From contig JAXDMY010000011.1 of the NCBI GenBank assembly GCA_034665805.1, positions 1 through 43,465 of the forward strand: 43,465 nucleotides of DNA. Reading direction: 5' to 3'. The stretch comes from Alphaproteobacteria bacterium. GTDB lineage: Bacteria; Pseudomonadota; Alphaproteobacteria; Micropepsales; Micropepsaceae. Position 1 is the first letter of the stretch; each line of letters begins with the position of its first letter. Shown one piece after another: positions 25,118 through 35,295 of the stretch. The position numbers were made by a program, and so were the translations under genes. The notes under the pieces are model-generated. The model did not search any database and was not told the DNA's origin. It worked only from the letters and a program-made list of their open reading frames with translations.

Positions 25118-27169
25118 TTGGCGAGAGAGCTGGTGCATAAACTCCTTCTCCGTCAACTACGAGCGGCAGCGAAGAGCGATAGCAAGGAGGTCGACCTCCA
25201 CGCGTTCAGCGCGATCGTCGATCAAACCTATGCCGAGTTCGATCGCGAGCGCCGGCTGAACGATCGCGCCGCGACGTCGATGGAAGAGGAACTTAGGGCC
25301 GCCAACGCGCAAGCCAAGCAGGAGCACGATGCGGTGCTCGCGGCCATCCTCGACCACGCATCCGATGGCATGGTGGTGATTGGCGAGGGCGGCAGCGTAG
25401 TCATCGCCAATGCCGCCGCCGAGAAGCAGTTCGGAGCGCGAACCGGAGGTCTTGCCGGCCTCCCGATTGGCCGGTTGCTCGGTGCCGAAGCCCATCGGGT
25501 TGCGCGGGGTGAATATTCTCCTGGCGAGATGCCGGAACTCTCGGGCACAACACTCGACGGCCGCGTGTTTCCCGTCGAGTTTTCCTGCGCAAATCTCGAC
25601 ATGGCCGATGGCCAGCGTCAGCTTTGGATGGTGCGCGATATCTCGGAACGAGTACGCGCGCAACGCGAAATCATCGAAAGCCGTATGCGCTTCCAGGATT
25701 TCGCCGAAGCTTCCTCGGATTGTTTCTGGGAGATGGATCACACGCTTTGCCACGTCGAGGTGAGTTCCGCAGAAGAGTCCGACCTTGTTACCCGGCTGCC
25801 GAGCTTGCTGACACCCGGACCCGGATCGCGCGTTCCGCCCGGTGTCGCCGAAGACAGCTGGCGCTCGCTTCGCCAGAGCCTTTCCGCCCGGCAGCGCTTT
25901 CGTTTGCGGCTCGATCTCAAAGGCGACGACGACGAAACTCTTTATGTCTCTGTGAGCGGCAAGCCGGCCTTCGACCTCGAAGGACGCTTCAGCGGCTATC
26001 GCGGAACGGCTCGCGACGTCACGCGGGAACTCGTGGCGCGGGAAGCCGCGCGCCGCGCCGAGCGTCGTCTGATCGAGGCGATGGATGCGGCGCCTTGCGC
26101 GGTGGCGCTTGTGGATTCGGAACTCCAGCTGGTCAGCGGCAATTCCGCGTTGAGGGCCCTGGCCTCCGCGGTAGAAAAAAGGCTGCCGTTTGGACGCCCA
26201 TTCTGTGCGTTTCTGATGACATCCTTGAATGTCGAAGCCATCTCACCCGAAATTCTGCGCCGCCTAGCCGATACCGGCGAGATGCGGGAAATCGAAATCG
26301 GCGGGTCCTGGTATCTTGTCGCGGCCTGCGGCCTCTCCGACGGCGGCATGGTGCTTACCTTCTCGGACATTTCCGTTTTGAAGGGGCGCGAAGGCGAACT
26401 TGCCGAGGCCAAGCTGTCCGCCGAATCCGCAAGCCGGCTCAAGTCGCAATTCCTCGCCACGATGAGTCACGAACTGCGCACGCCCCTCAACGCCATATTG
26501 GGCTTTTCGGAGGTGATCCGCGACGGCATCTTCGGCCGCACGGAAACGTCGTCAGAGAAATATGCCGAATATGCCGGCTCAATCCATACCAGTGGACGAC
26601 ACTTGCTCGCGTTGATTTCGGAGATCCTCGACCTTTCGAAGATTGAAGCGGGAAGTTACGTCCTCGACAGGCGGACGCTCGATTTGCGGGAGATGGTGCG
26701 CAGTGCGCTCACCATCGTCTCGCCTGCCGCCGCGAAGGCCGGCGTCGACCTTCGATCGATGCTCCCCGACGCCGAAGTCTGGTTTGCCGCGGACGAAAGG
26801 GCCGTGCGCCAGATTGCCATCAATCTGCTCGCCAATGCCGTAAGATTTACGCCGCGAGGCGGTTGCGTGACGGTCGAGGTGAGCGCTGCTGATTCCATGG
26901 TGGAATTCGCCATCAGCGATACCGGGATCGGAATTGCCGCGGAGCATCTGCCCGCCGTGTTCGAGCCCTTTCGCCAGGTCGATTCGAGCATCAGGCGACG
27001 GCATGAGGGCACGGGATTGGGCCTGGCCATCACCAAAAGGCTGGTGGAGCTTCATGGCGGCACGATCACCCTGCAAAGCGAACTGGCCGTGGGAACGAGG
27101 GTGTGCGTCCGATTGCCAGGACGCCTTGCCGAGGCGGATTTCCCCACCGCTAAAGGTGCCGCGGCCTAG
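25118..27169 (+). CDS. soluble multi-PAS sensor histidine kinase (no TM segment, no receiver domain)
   Basis: H-box SQFLATMSHELRTPLNAILGFSEVI, N-box INLLANAVRFTP, G1 ISDTGIGI, G2 GTGLGLAITKRLVELHGG. At least three PAS-like modules (AILDHASDGMVVI..., FQDFAEASSDCFWEMD..., LIEAMDAAPCAVALVD...). The frame has no ATG near its start. I chose the TTG at 25118 because GGAGG lies 5 nt upstream; GTG at 25133 is an alternative, and the maximal ORF starts at 24965. Confidence 0.8.
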   Translation: MARELVHKLLLRQLRAAAKSDSKEVDLHAFSAIVDQTYAEFDRERRLNDRAATSMEEELRAANAQAKQEHDAVLAAILDHASDGMVVIGEGGSVVIANAAAEKQFGARTGGLAGLPIGRLLGAEAHRVARGEYSPGEMPELSGTTLDGRVFPVEFSCANLDMADGQRQLWMVRDISERVRAQREIIESRMRFQDFAEASSDCFWEMDHTLCHVEVSSAEESDLVTRLPSLLTPGPGSRVPPGVAEDSWRSLRQSLSARQRFRLRLDLKGDDDETLYVSVSGKPAFDLEGRFSGYRGTARDVTRELVAREAARRAERRLIEAMDAAPCAVALVDSELQLVSGNSALRALASAVEKRLPFGRPFCAFLMTSLNVEAISPEILRRLADTGEMREIEIGGSWYLVAACGLSDGGMVLTFSDISVLKGREGELAEAKLSAESASRLKSQFLATMSHELRTPLNAILGFSEVIRDGIFGRTETSSEKYAEYAGSIHTSGRHLLALISEILDLSKIEAGSYVLDRRTLDLREMVRSALTIVSPAAAKAGVDLRSMLPDAEVWFAADERAVRQIAINLLANAVRFTPRGGCVTVEVSAADSMVEFAISDTGIGIAAEHLPAVFEPFRQVDSSIRRRHEGTGLGLAITKRLVELHGGTITLQSELAVGTRVCVRLPGRLAEADFPTAKGAAA

Positions 27170-27255
27170 CGCGCTTCTCCTCATGCGGCCTTGCACCGCT
27201 CAACCCGCGGGGGTTACTAGCATCTCGACCCCAGCGAGATGCCGTTACGCCCGTC

Positions 27256-28533
27256 ATGATCATCGAGCCGTCGCCAGAAGGATCCCCTACGCCGGCCTGG
27301 CTTGCCCGGGTTCCGCGCGTCTTTCGGCACTATAATTACCGGCTGTTCTTCGCCGGCCAATTGGTCACCCTGCTAGGCACCTGGATTCAGAGCGTGGCTC
27401 TTTCCTGGCTGGTCTATCGGCTGACCCATTCCTTGATTCTGCTGGGTGTCGTCTCCTTCGTATCCCAGGCGCCGATTTTCTTCATTACTCCCTTTGCGGG
27501 CATGATCGCCGACCGCAACGACCGCCGTTCGGTTTTCATGGTCACGCGAGCTCTGTGTATGCTCCAGGCGGCCATCCTGACGGTGCTGACGCTCACCGAT
27601 CACGTCGAGATCAACGCCATCATCGTGCTCGCGCTGGCGCTCGGGATTATCACCGCCGTCGAAGTTCCCACGCGCCAGTCCTTCACCGTGGACATGGTCG
27701 GACGGGAGGATTTGCGCCAAGCAATCGCCTTCAACGCCATGATGTTCAATCTTGCGCGCACGGTTGGACCGGCGATCGGCGGTATCATCGTTGCAGCCAT
27801 CGGCGAAGGCCTGTGCTTCCTGCTGAACACCGTGTCTTACGGTGCGGTGTTGACGAGCCTGTTCCTGATGCGGCTCGAACGGCGCGGCGAACGTCCCACG
27901 AGCAAGCCGTGGGACGATTTGAAACAGGGGTTCTTCTATGTCACGCGCCATCCGCATTTGCGCATGGTGCTGTTCCTATCGGCGATCTGTTCCTGTTTCG
28001 GAACGTCCTATCTTGCCCTGATGCCCGCCTTTGCGCAGGATATCCTGCATCAGGGGGCGGATGGTCTGGGCTATGTCATCAGCGCTTTCGGCGCCGGCGC
28101 CGTTTCCGGAGCAGCGCTCGTCTCCAAGCTGCCCGAGCGCCATTTGCCGGTGACGCCGACCATCATGGCCGTGGTCTTGGGCGTGAGCCTGATCGGATTT
28201 GCCAACGCACATTCTCTCCTTGTTGCGGTCCTCCTGGTGGTACCGACGGGTTTTGCCTATCTCGGCATCGCCGTCTCCAGCAACACGCAGGTCCAGGCCC
28301 TTAGCGAGGACGCGATGCTGGGGCGGGTGATGGCGTTCTACGCCATGGGGGCGTTGGGCAGCCCGCCGCTTGGCGCATTGCTGCTGGGCTACATCTCCGA
28401 TCTTATCGGGGTGTCCAATGCGTTCATGATGAGCGGCGCTGTCTGCCTGATTGCGGCCGGCATCTCCCTGATGAGCTTGCGGCGTCGCGGCATGATGAAC
28501 CTGAACGAGCTCCCCGAAGGGCAGGAGCCATGA
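27256..28533 (+). CDS. MFS transporter, MFS_3 ('transmembrane secretion effector' / EntS-like) family
   Basis: 425 aa with about 12 hydrophobic helices. The N-terminus FRHYNYRLFFAGQLVTLLGTWIQSVALSWLVYRLT and the GMIADRNDRR loop are typical of this subfamily. Confidence 0.8.
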   Translation: MIIEPSPEGSPTPAWLARVPRVFRHYNYRLFFAGQLVTLLGTWIQSVALSWLVYRLTHSLILLGVVSFVSQAPIFFITPFAGMIADRNDRRSVFMVTRALCMLQAAILTVLTLTDHVEINAIIVLALALGIITAVEVPTRQSFTVDMVGREDLRQAIAFNAMMFNLARTVGPAIGGIIVAAIGEGLCFLLNTVSYGAVLTSLFLMRLERRGERPTSKPWDDLKQGFFYVTRHPHLRMVLFLSAICSCFGTSYLALMPAFAQDILHQGADGLGYVISAFGAGAVSGAALVSKLPERHLPVTPTIMAVVLGVSLIGFANAHSLLVAVLLVVPTGFAYLGIAVSSNTQVQALSEDAMLGRVMAFYAMGALGSPPLGALLLGYISDLIGVSNAFMMSGAVCLIAAGISLMSLRRRGMMNLNELPEGQEP

Positions 28534-30743
28534 GCGCCGAACACGCACCGGCGGAAATTTTGGGTGCGCTCCGCCACGCCACCGCATTGCATCAGGCGGG
28601 CCGGCTCGATGAAGCCGAACGCCTCTATCGCCAAGTGTTGGAAGCGGCGCCTGATCAGGCGGATGCCCTGAACTTTCTTGGCGTCCTGATGGCCCAAACA
28701 GGCAGGCCCCTGGAGGCTGCCGCACTGATCGATCGCGCGATCTCTTTCGACCCGACGAATGCGGGCGCCTTCTACAATCGCGGCAACGCCCTGCTCGATC
28801 TCAAGCGCTTCGATGAGGCGGTGGCAAGCTATGATTCCGCGCTTCTCATTCGAAGCGATCATCTGGGCGCGCTGATCAATCGCGGAGCCGCGTTACAGAA
28901 GCTGAACCGGCTGCAGGACGCTCTTTCCAGCTATGAACGTGGCCTCGCTTTGGACCCCAATTCGACGGCCCTGATGTTCAACAAAGGCAATACCCTGCGC
29001 GATCTCGGCCGTTTGGAAGAAGCGATCGCCGCCTATGATCGCGTTCTCCAACGAGAGCCCCAGCATCTCGGTGCCCTTAACAATCGCGGCGGCACATTCT
29101 TAAGAATGCGGCGGTTCGACCACGCCCTGGCCGATTACGACCGCGCAGCCGCGCTGTACCCCGCGGACGCCGAGAGGCATTACAACCGCGGCAACGCGCT
29201 CATCCGGTTGGGACGGAACGCCGAGGCGCTTGCTGCCTACGAACACGCGCTCGCTTTGAGGCCCGACTTTGCCGCCGCCCATCAGGCGCGGGGAAGCGCG
29301 TGTTCCGCCGCGGGCGATTATGAGAGGGCCTTTCTCGCCTATGACGCGGCCTTCCGGCTCGACCCCGATCTCGACTACCTCGAAGGCTACCGTCTTCACG
29401 CCAAGATGCATATTTGCGATTGGACGGCTCTGCCGGAAGAAATGGCCAGTCTCATTACCCATCTGCGCAGCGAAAAACGCGCGGTCGAACCCTTCATGCT
29501 TTTGCCGGTTAAGTCATCGGCCGAGGATCAGCTGCATTGCGCGCGCATCTATGCGGCGGACAGATATCCCTCCAATGCGTCCACGCTATGGAACGGTGAA
29601 AACTATCGGCACGACAAAATCCGCGTCGCCTATATGTCCGGCGAGTTCCGCGAACAGGCGACCTCCTATCTCACCGCCGATCTATTTGAATGCCACGACA
29701 GGACCGCATTCAGGGCTTACGGAATCGCCACCGGGGCGGGCGACGGCAGCCCGATGCGCAAGCGGCTCGAGAAAGGGTTCGATGTTTTCGCCGACATGAC
29801 GGCGCAATCCGATTTTGAGCTCGCGCATTTCATTCGCGAAGCGGAAATCGACATTCTGGTCAATCTCAACGGCTATTTCGGCCTGGACCGCACGGCGGTG
29901 TTCGCCGCGCGCCCCGCCCCCATCCAGGTCAATTACCTCGGTTATCCGGGCACCATGGGGGCGCCCTATATGGACTACATCATCGCCGATCGGCATGTGA
30001 TCCCCGATGACGAGCGCAGCCATTATTCGGAAAATGTGTGCCGTCTACCCGACACCTATCAACCCAACGACCGCAAGAAGCCCGTCAGCAGCAGAATCTT
30101 CAGCCGGGCCGAATGTGCCCTGCCTCAGACCGGAGTGATCTTCTGTTGTTTCAACAACAATCATAAAATCTTGCCGGACATCTTCGACGTCTGGATGCGC
30201 CTGCTCGCCGGCGTCGATGGAAGCGTGCTTTGGCTGCTCGAAGGAAACGCGGCGGTCAGGCGCAACCTGATGGCCGAAGCCGAGAAACGCGGGGTCTCGT
30301 CCGAGCGGCTCGTCTTCGCTCCCATGATGCCATTGGCGGATCATTTGGCGAGAGAAAGGCTGGCGGATATTTTTCTCGACACGCTTCCGCACAACGCGCA
30401 CACCACCGCGAGCGATGCGCTCTGGTGCGGCGTGCCACTGGTTACGTGCCTGGGCGGCACGTTTGCCGGACGGGTCGCAGCGAGCCTCTTGAATGCGATC
30501 GGGCTGCCGGAGCTGATCACCACATCGCTTGAGGATTATGAAATTCTGGCCCTGGAGCTGGCCCGCGATCCCGCGCGTCTTGATGCCGTCAAGGCCAAAC
30601 TCGACCGCAACCGGGACGGGTTCGCATTGTTCGACACGCCCCGCTTCACGCGATACATGGAAGAAGCCTATCGCATCATGTGGGAACGCGCCACGCATGG
30701 ACTGCCGCCGGCGGGCTTCGATGTGGAAACAGGGCGGCAATGA
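28530..30743 (+). CDS. TPR + GT41 (O-GlcNAc transferase / SPINDLY-like) protein, paralog 1 (737 aa, 8 TPRs)
   Basis: ATGA overlap with the MFS stop. Eight contiguous 34-aa TPRs (residues about 10-281), a CDW linker motif (HAKMHICDWTAL), then a catalytic region colinear with human OGT: RVAYMSGEFREQATSYL, RPAPIQVNYLGYPGTMGAPYMDYIIAD, FCCFNNNHKILP, ADIFLDTLPHNAHTTASDALWCGVPLVT, FAGRVAASLLNAIGLPELI. Confidence 0.85.
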   Translation: MSAEHAPAEILGALRHATALHQAGRLDEAERLYRQVLEAAPDQADALNFLGVLMAQTGRPLEAAALIDRAISFDPTNAGAFYNRGNALLDLKRFDEAVASYDSALLIRSDHLGALINRGAALQKLNRLQDALSSYERGLALDPNSTALMFNKGNTLRDLGRLEEAIAAYDRVLQREPQHLGALNNRGGTFLRMRRFDHALADYDRAAALYPADAERHYNRGNALIRLGRNAEALAAYEHALALRPDFAAAHQARGSACSAAGDYERAFLAYDAAFRLDPDLDYLEGYRLHAKMHICDWTALPEEMASLITHLRSEKRAVEPFMLLPVKSSAEDQLHCARIYAADRYPSNASTLWNGENYRHDKIRVAYMSGEFREQATSYLTADLFECHDRTAFRAYGIATGAGDGSPMRKRLEKGFDVFADMTAQSDFELAHFIREAEIDILVNLNGYFGLDRTAVFAARPAPIQVNYLGYPGTMGAPYMDYIIADRHVIPDDERSHYSENVCRLPDTYQPNDRKKPVSSRIFSRAECALPQTGVIFCCFNNNHKILPDIFDVWMRLLAGVDGSVLWLLEGNAAVRRNLMAEAEKRGVSSERLVFAPMMPLADHLARERLADIFLDTLPHNAHTTASDALWCGVPLVTCLGGTFAGRVAASLLNAIGLPELITTSLEDYEILALELARDPARLDAVKAKLDRNRDGFALFDTPRFTRYMEEAYRIMWERATHGLPPAGFDVETGRQ

Positions 30744-33100
30744 CCAACACAAAGCCCCCACAATCGCCTCCGCTCCGCGCGCATTTTCAAGCGCCGGGCT
30801 CCGATTTGATGACCAAACTGCGGCAGGCCTCCGGCTTGCATCAACAGGGGCGGCTTGGGGATGCCGAGCAGCTCTATCGCGAAGTCCTCGCCAAAGCCCC
30901 AGATCATCCCGATGCGCTGCATTTCCTGGGCGTGTTGGAAGTGCAGCGCGGGCGTCATGAGGCGGGGGTCGTCCTCATGGAGCGCGCCATCGCCATCAAC
31001 CCGCGCAATGCAGCGGCGCAGTACAATCGGGCGAACGCGCTGCACGATATGGGCCGGAGCGCGGAGGCCATCGCAGCTTACGATGCCGCGCTCTCGATCA
31101 ATCCGGACAATATCAGGGCCTGGAACAACCGCGGCGTCGCGTTGCAGACATTGACGCGCTATGATGAGGCCATTGCCAGTTATGATCGCGCGCTGGCGTT
31201 GAAATCTGATCATATCGACGCGCATGCCAATCGCGGCAACGCGTTGATGGAGCTTGGCCGTTACGCGGAAGCGTTGGCGGCCTATGACCGCACCGTTGCG
31301 CTGGCGCCCAACGACGTCGCGGGTCTTTATGGCCGCGCCAATGCGCTTGCGAAACTCGACCGGCTCGAAGACGCGGTTGCGTGTTATGACCGCGCGCTTA
31401 CCGTGAAGCCCGACGATTCTCAAATCCTCAACAATCGCGGCAACACGCTTTCGCAGCTCAGCCGTTACGAGGAAGCCATTGCCGATTTCGGTCGCGCGAT
31501 CGCTGCCTCACCCAACAGCGCGGATGCCTTCGCCAATCGCGGCGATGCCCTGATGCAGTTGAGACGGCATGAGGAAGCCCTGGAAAATTACCGCCGCGCG
31601 CTCGAGTTGAATGGGGGTTCCAACCACGCTCTCTATGGCCGCGGATCGGCCCTGGTGGAACTCAAGCGTCACGGCGAGGCGATTGCCGCATTGGACCGTT
31701 TGATGCGCCAGCGGCCCGATTACCCCTATGGCCTCGGAATGCTGGTTTACGCGCAATCGACCTGCTGCGATTGGCGCGACACCGCGCGCACAACCGAAAT
31801 GATCGAAGGCATACGCGCCGGAAAACGCGTGGCGACGCCGCTCGTTCTCCTGGCGGTTTGCGATTCCGAAGCGGAGAAATTGCGTTGTTCCGAGATCTTG
31901 ATGCAGGACAAGTTTCCGCCGCGAGATGCATTGTGGCGAGGCGAGATCTACCGTCACGATCGCATTCGCGTGGCCTATCTTTCCGCCGATTTGCGCACTC
32001 ATCCGGTCGGCATTCTCATGGCAGGCGTGTTCGAGCATCATGACCGGGCGCGTTTCGAGACGATCGCCATGTCCTATGGCTCGGACGACGGCGGCGACAT
32101 GCGCAGCCGGCTGAAGCGCGCATTCGACCGCTTTATCGATGTGCGGGGAAAGAGCGATTCCGAAGTGGCCTCGCTCCTGCGCGCACTCGAAGTCGATATC
32201 GCCGTCGATCTGACGGGGCTGACGGCAAGCGGACGCCCGGGAATATTTGCTCATCGGCCCGCGCCGGTGCAGGTGAATTATCTCGGCTTTGCCGGAAGCA
32301 TGGGCGCGCCCCACATGGACTACATCCTTGCCGACGAGACCGTCATCCCCGGGGGGCAGCAGCGATATTATGTCGAGAAGATCGCCTATCTTCCCGATAG
32401 CTATATGCCCCACGACAGGACGCGCCGCATCGCCGCGCATACCCCTTCCCGGTTGGAGCTGGGCCTGCCTGAAACGGGTTTTGTCTTTGCCTCTTTCAAC
32501 AACAGCTACAAATTCGCGGCCGCCATGTTCGACGTTTGGATGCGCCTGCTGCGTGCCGTCGAGGCGAGCGTGCTGTGGCTGCCGAACGCCAATCCCACTG
32601 CCATGCGCAATCTGCAACGCGAGGCAGACGCCCGGGGCGTCTCGCCCGAGCGCATCGTGTTCGCCCCGCATTTGCCCGCAAACGAAGATCACCTCGCCCG
32701 CCTGCGCTCCGCGGACCTGTTTCTCGACACCTTCCCTTATAATGCGCACAGCACGGCGCTGGATGCCCTTTGGGCGGGTTTACCGGTCCTCACCATAAAA
32801 GGAGAAAGTTTTGCTTCCCGCGTCGCTGCCAGCCTGTTGAGCGCGGCGGGATTGCCCGATTTGATTGTGGACTCCCTCGATGCCTACGAATCCCTAGCGC
32901 TCGATCTGGCGCGCAATCCAGCGGCGCTCGCTGCGCTTAAGGAAAAGCTCCGGCAGGGCCGCGATTCCTGTGCGCTGTTCGACACCGCACGGTTCACCCG
33001 TAATCTCGAAGTGGTCCTTGGAATGATGTGGGAGCGGGCACAAAAGGGCAAACCGCCCATCCCATTGTCGCACGACGATTCAGCACGCGCGTTTCCATGA
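30740..33100 (+). CDS. TPR + GT41 (OGT/SPINDLY-like) protein, paralog 2 (786 aa, 9 TPRs)
   Basis: The ATG at 30740 forms an ATGA overlap with the paralog 1 stop. Nine TPRs. YAQSTCCDWRD linker. RVAYLSADLRTHPVGILM, RPAPVQVNYLGFAGSMGAPHMDYILAD, FNNSYKFAA, YNAHSTALDALWAGLPVLT. Confidence 0.85.
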   Translation: MTNTKPPQSPPLRAHFQAPGSDLMTKLRQASGLHQQGRLGDAEQLYREVLAKAPDHPDALHFLGVLEVQRGRHEAGVVLMERAIAINPRNAAAQYNRANALHDMGRSAEAIAAYDAALSINPDNIRAWNNRGVALQTLTRYDEAIASYDRALALKSDHIDAHANRGNALMELGRYAEALAAYDRTVALAPNDVAGLYGRANALAKLDRLEDAVACYDRALTVKPDDSQILNNRGNTLSQLSRYEEAIADFGRAIAASPNSADAFANRGDALMQLRRHEEALENYRRALELNGGSNHALYGRGSALVELKRHGEAIAALDRLMRQRPDYPYGLGMLVYAQSTCCDWRDTARTTEMIEGIRAGKRVATPLVLLAVCDSEAEKLRCSEILMQDKFPPRDALWRGEIYRHDRIRVAYLSADLRTHPVGILMAGVFEHHDRARFETIAMSYGSDDGGDMRSRLKRAFDRFIDVRGKSDSEVASLLRALEVDIAVDLTGLTASGRPGIFAHRPAPVQVNYLGFAGSMGAPHMDYILADETVIPGGQQRYYVEKIAYLPDSYMPHDRTRRIAAHTPSRLELGLPETGFVFASFNNSYKFAAAMFDVWMRLLRAVEASVLWLPNANPTAMRNLQREADARGVSPERIVFAPHLPANEDHLARLRSADLFLDTFPYNAHSTALDALWAGLPVLTIKGESFASRVAASLLSAAGLPDLIVDSLDAYESLALDLARNPAALAALKEKLRQGRDSCALFDTARFTRNLEVVLGMMWERAQKGKPPIPLSHDDSARAFP

Positions 33101-35295
33101 GCGAGGCGTTGCTGCAAAACGCCTGGCGCTTGCATCAGGCAGGAAAACTCCCAGAGGCCGCGCGCCTTTATGCGGATGTTCTTCGCGAAAATCCCAGGAA
33201 TTTCGACGCTCTTTATCAGCTGGCGTTGATCTATCTCGCGAGCCGAAAATTCGCCGACGCCGAACGCCTGTTTGCCACGGCGGTTCAAATCAATTCGCAG
33301 TCCCCGGACCTCTTTTACAATCGCGGATGCGCGTTGCAGGGTTTGGGCCGGAACAATGATGCGCTGGCCGCATTCGCCCATGCGCTCGCCATGAGGCCGG
33401 ATTTCGCGGAAGCGCGCAACAATCGGGGAGTGACGCTGCTCGCGATGAGGCGCCACCGCGAGGCTCTTGCGTGTTTCGACAGAGTCGCCGCGGAGAAACC
33501 GGGCATCGCGATGGTGCACAACAACCGTGCCATGGCGTTCCTCGGCCTTCAGCAGCCCGAGCAAGCGCTTGCCGCGGCCGGTCTTGCGTTGGGAATCGAT
33601 CCCGATAACGCCGAAGCCCTCTACCATCAAGGCGCTGCCTTAACCGCCCTTGGCCGCCACCAGGATGCGCTTGCAGATTTCGACAAGGCTCTGTCGATCA
33701 ACCCCGATTACGTCGAAGCACTTATCCATCGCGGTATCGTGTTTGCGTTATTGGGCCGCCACGAGGAAGCCGTCGCGAGCTACAGCAAAGCGCTCGCCTT
33801 GCGCCCCGGAGACATCGACATTCTGTACAACCGAGGCACGTCGTTCTGGGCTCTGCGGCGCTTCGAGGAAACGATCCTCGATTGCGAGCAGGTTCTGAAG
33901 GTCGATCCGCAATTCAAATATGCGCGGGGCAATCTCTTGCACTCAAAGCTTCAGTGCTGCGACTGGCGCGGGCTGGAGGACGAGAAAGCCATGATCGCGT
34001 CCGGTCTGAAAGCATCTCGTCGAGTCCTGCGTCCGCTCCAGAATGTCGCCATCTCGAGCTCGGGCGAGGCTCTGCTGCAATCCTCGCGCATATGGATGTC
34101 CCATGAATGCCCGCCATCGGAGAAGCCCTTGTGGCGAGGCGAGCGCTACCATCACGACCGCATCCGCATTGCTTATGTGTCCGCCGATTTTCGGCTTCAT
34201 CCGGCCGCGACGCTCAGCGCGGGAGTTTTCGAACATCACGACCGCAGCCGTTTCGAGACGATTGCGATATCGCTCGGCGCCGACGATGGGATGGGCATGC
34301 GCGAACGCATGCAAAACGCATTCGAGCGTTTCATCGACGTCCGCAACCGAAGCGATGAAGAGATCGCCAAGCTCTTGCGCGACATGGAGATCGACATCGC
34401 GGTCGATATGATGGGCTTCACGGAAAACGCACTAACGGCGATCTTCGCGCGCCGCCCCGCCGGCCTGCAGGTGAACTATCTCGGCTACCCCGGCACGATG
34501 GGCGCGCCCTATATGGACTACATCCTGGCCGACCGAATCCTCATCCCGCCATCGCATCAGGCCGATTACGAGGAAAAAATTGCTTATCTGCCAGACACTT
34601 ACATGCCAAATGACGGCACGAGACCGATTGCGGAACGCACCCCTTCGCGCGCCGAAGCGGGCCTGCCCGATAGCGGTTTCGTGTTCTGCACCTTCAACAA
34701 TCTCTACAAGATCACGCCCGAGATGTTCGCCCTCTGGATGCGGTTGCTCGTTGGGATCGAGAACAGCGTGCTTTGGCTGTCGCAAGCCAATCCTACAGCC
34801 ATTCGCAATCTCAGGCGCGAAGCGGAAGGTCAAGGAATCTCCGGCGAGCGGATTCTGTTCGCGCCCTTTGTTCGCGCCCCTGATGAGCATCTGGCGCGGC
34901 TGCGTCTCGCGGACCTATTTCTGGACACCCTGCCCTACAATGCGCACGCCACGGCATGCGATGCGTTATGGGCGGGAGTCCCAGTCGTCACACTAACCGG
35001 ATCGAGCTTTGCCGGCCGCGTCGGCACCAGCCTGCTTTCGGCCCTAGGGTTGCCGGAACTGATCGCCGATACGCCGGCGGCGTATGAAGCCATCGCCTTC
35101 GATCTCGCACGAAATCCAAGCCTGTTGACGGAGGTCAAGGGAAAGCTCGCGCGCAACCGCGAAACGCAGCCGCTTTTCGATACGGCGCGCTACACCCGCA
35201 ATCTGGAAACCGCCTATTCCATGATGTGGCGGCGCCATCAGAATGGCGATCCCCCCGCGAGCATTGCCGTGGATGCGACGACTGCTTCGCCATGA
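33097..35295 (+). CDS. TPR + GT41 (OGT/SPINDLY-like) protein, paralog 3 (732 aa, 8 TPRs)
   Basis: The ATG at 33097 forms an ATGA overlap with the paralog 2 stop. N-terminus MSEALLQNAWRLHQAGKLPEAARLY. HSKLQCCDWRG linker. RIAYVSADFRLHPAATL, LQVNYLGYPGTMGAPYMDYILAD, FNNLYKITP, YNAHATACDALWAGVPVVT. Confidence 0.85.
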   Translation: MSEALLQNAWRLHQAGKLPEAARLYADVLRENPRNFDALYQLALIYLASRKFADAERLFATAVQINSQSPDLFYNRGCALQGLGRNNDALAAFAHALAMRPDFAEARNNRGVTLLAMRRHREALACFDRVAAEKPGIAMVHNNRAMAFLGLQQPEQALAAAGLALGIDPDNAEALYHQGAALTALGRHQDALADFDKALSINPDYVEALIHRGIVFALLGRHEEAVASYSKALALRPGDIDILYNRGTSFWALRRFEETILDCEQVLKVDPQFKYARGNLLHSKLQCCDWRGLEDEKAMIASGLKASRRVLRPLQNVAISSSGEALLQSSRIWMSHECPPSEKPLWRGERYHHDRIRIAYVSADFRLHPAATLSAGVFEHHDRSRFETIAISLGADDGMGMRERMQNAFERFIDVRNRSDEEIAKLLRDMEIDIAVDMMGFTENALTAIFARRPAGLQVNYLGYPGTMGAPYMDYILADRILIPPSHQADYEEKIAYLPDTYMPNDGTRPIAERTPSRAEAGLPDSGFVFCTFNNLYKITPEMFALWMRLLVGIENSVLWLSQANPTAIRNLRREAEGQGISGERILFAPFVRAPDEHLARLRLADLFLDTLPYNAHATACDALWAGVPVVTLTGSSFAGRVGTSLLSALGLPELIADTPAAYEAIAFDLARNPSLLTEVKGKLARNRETQPLFDTARYTRNLETAYSMMWRRHQNGDPPASIAVDATTASP

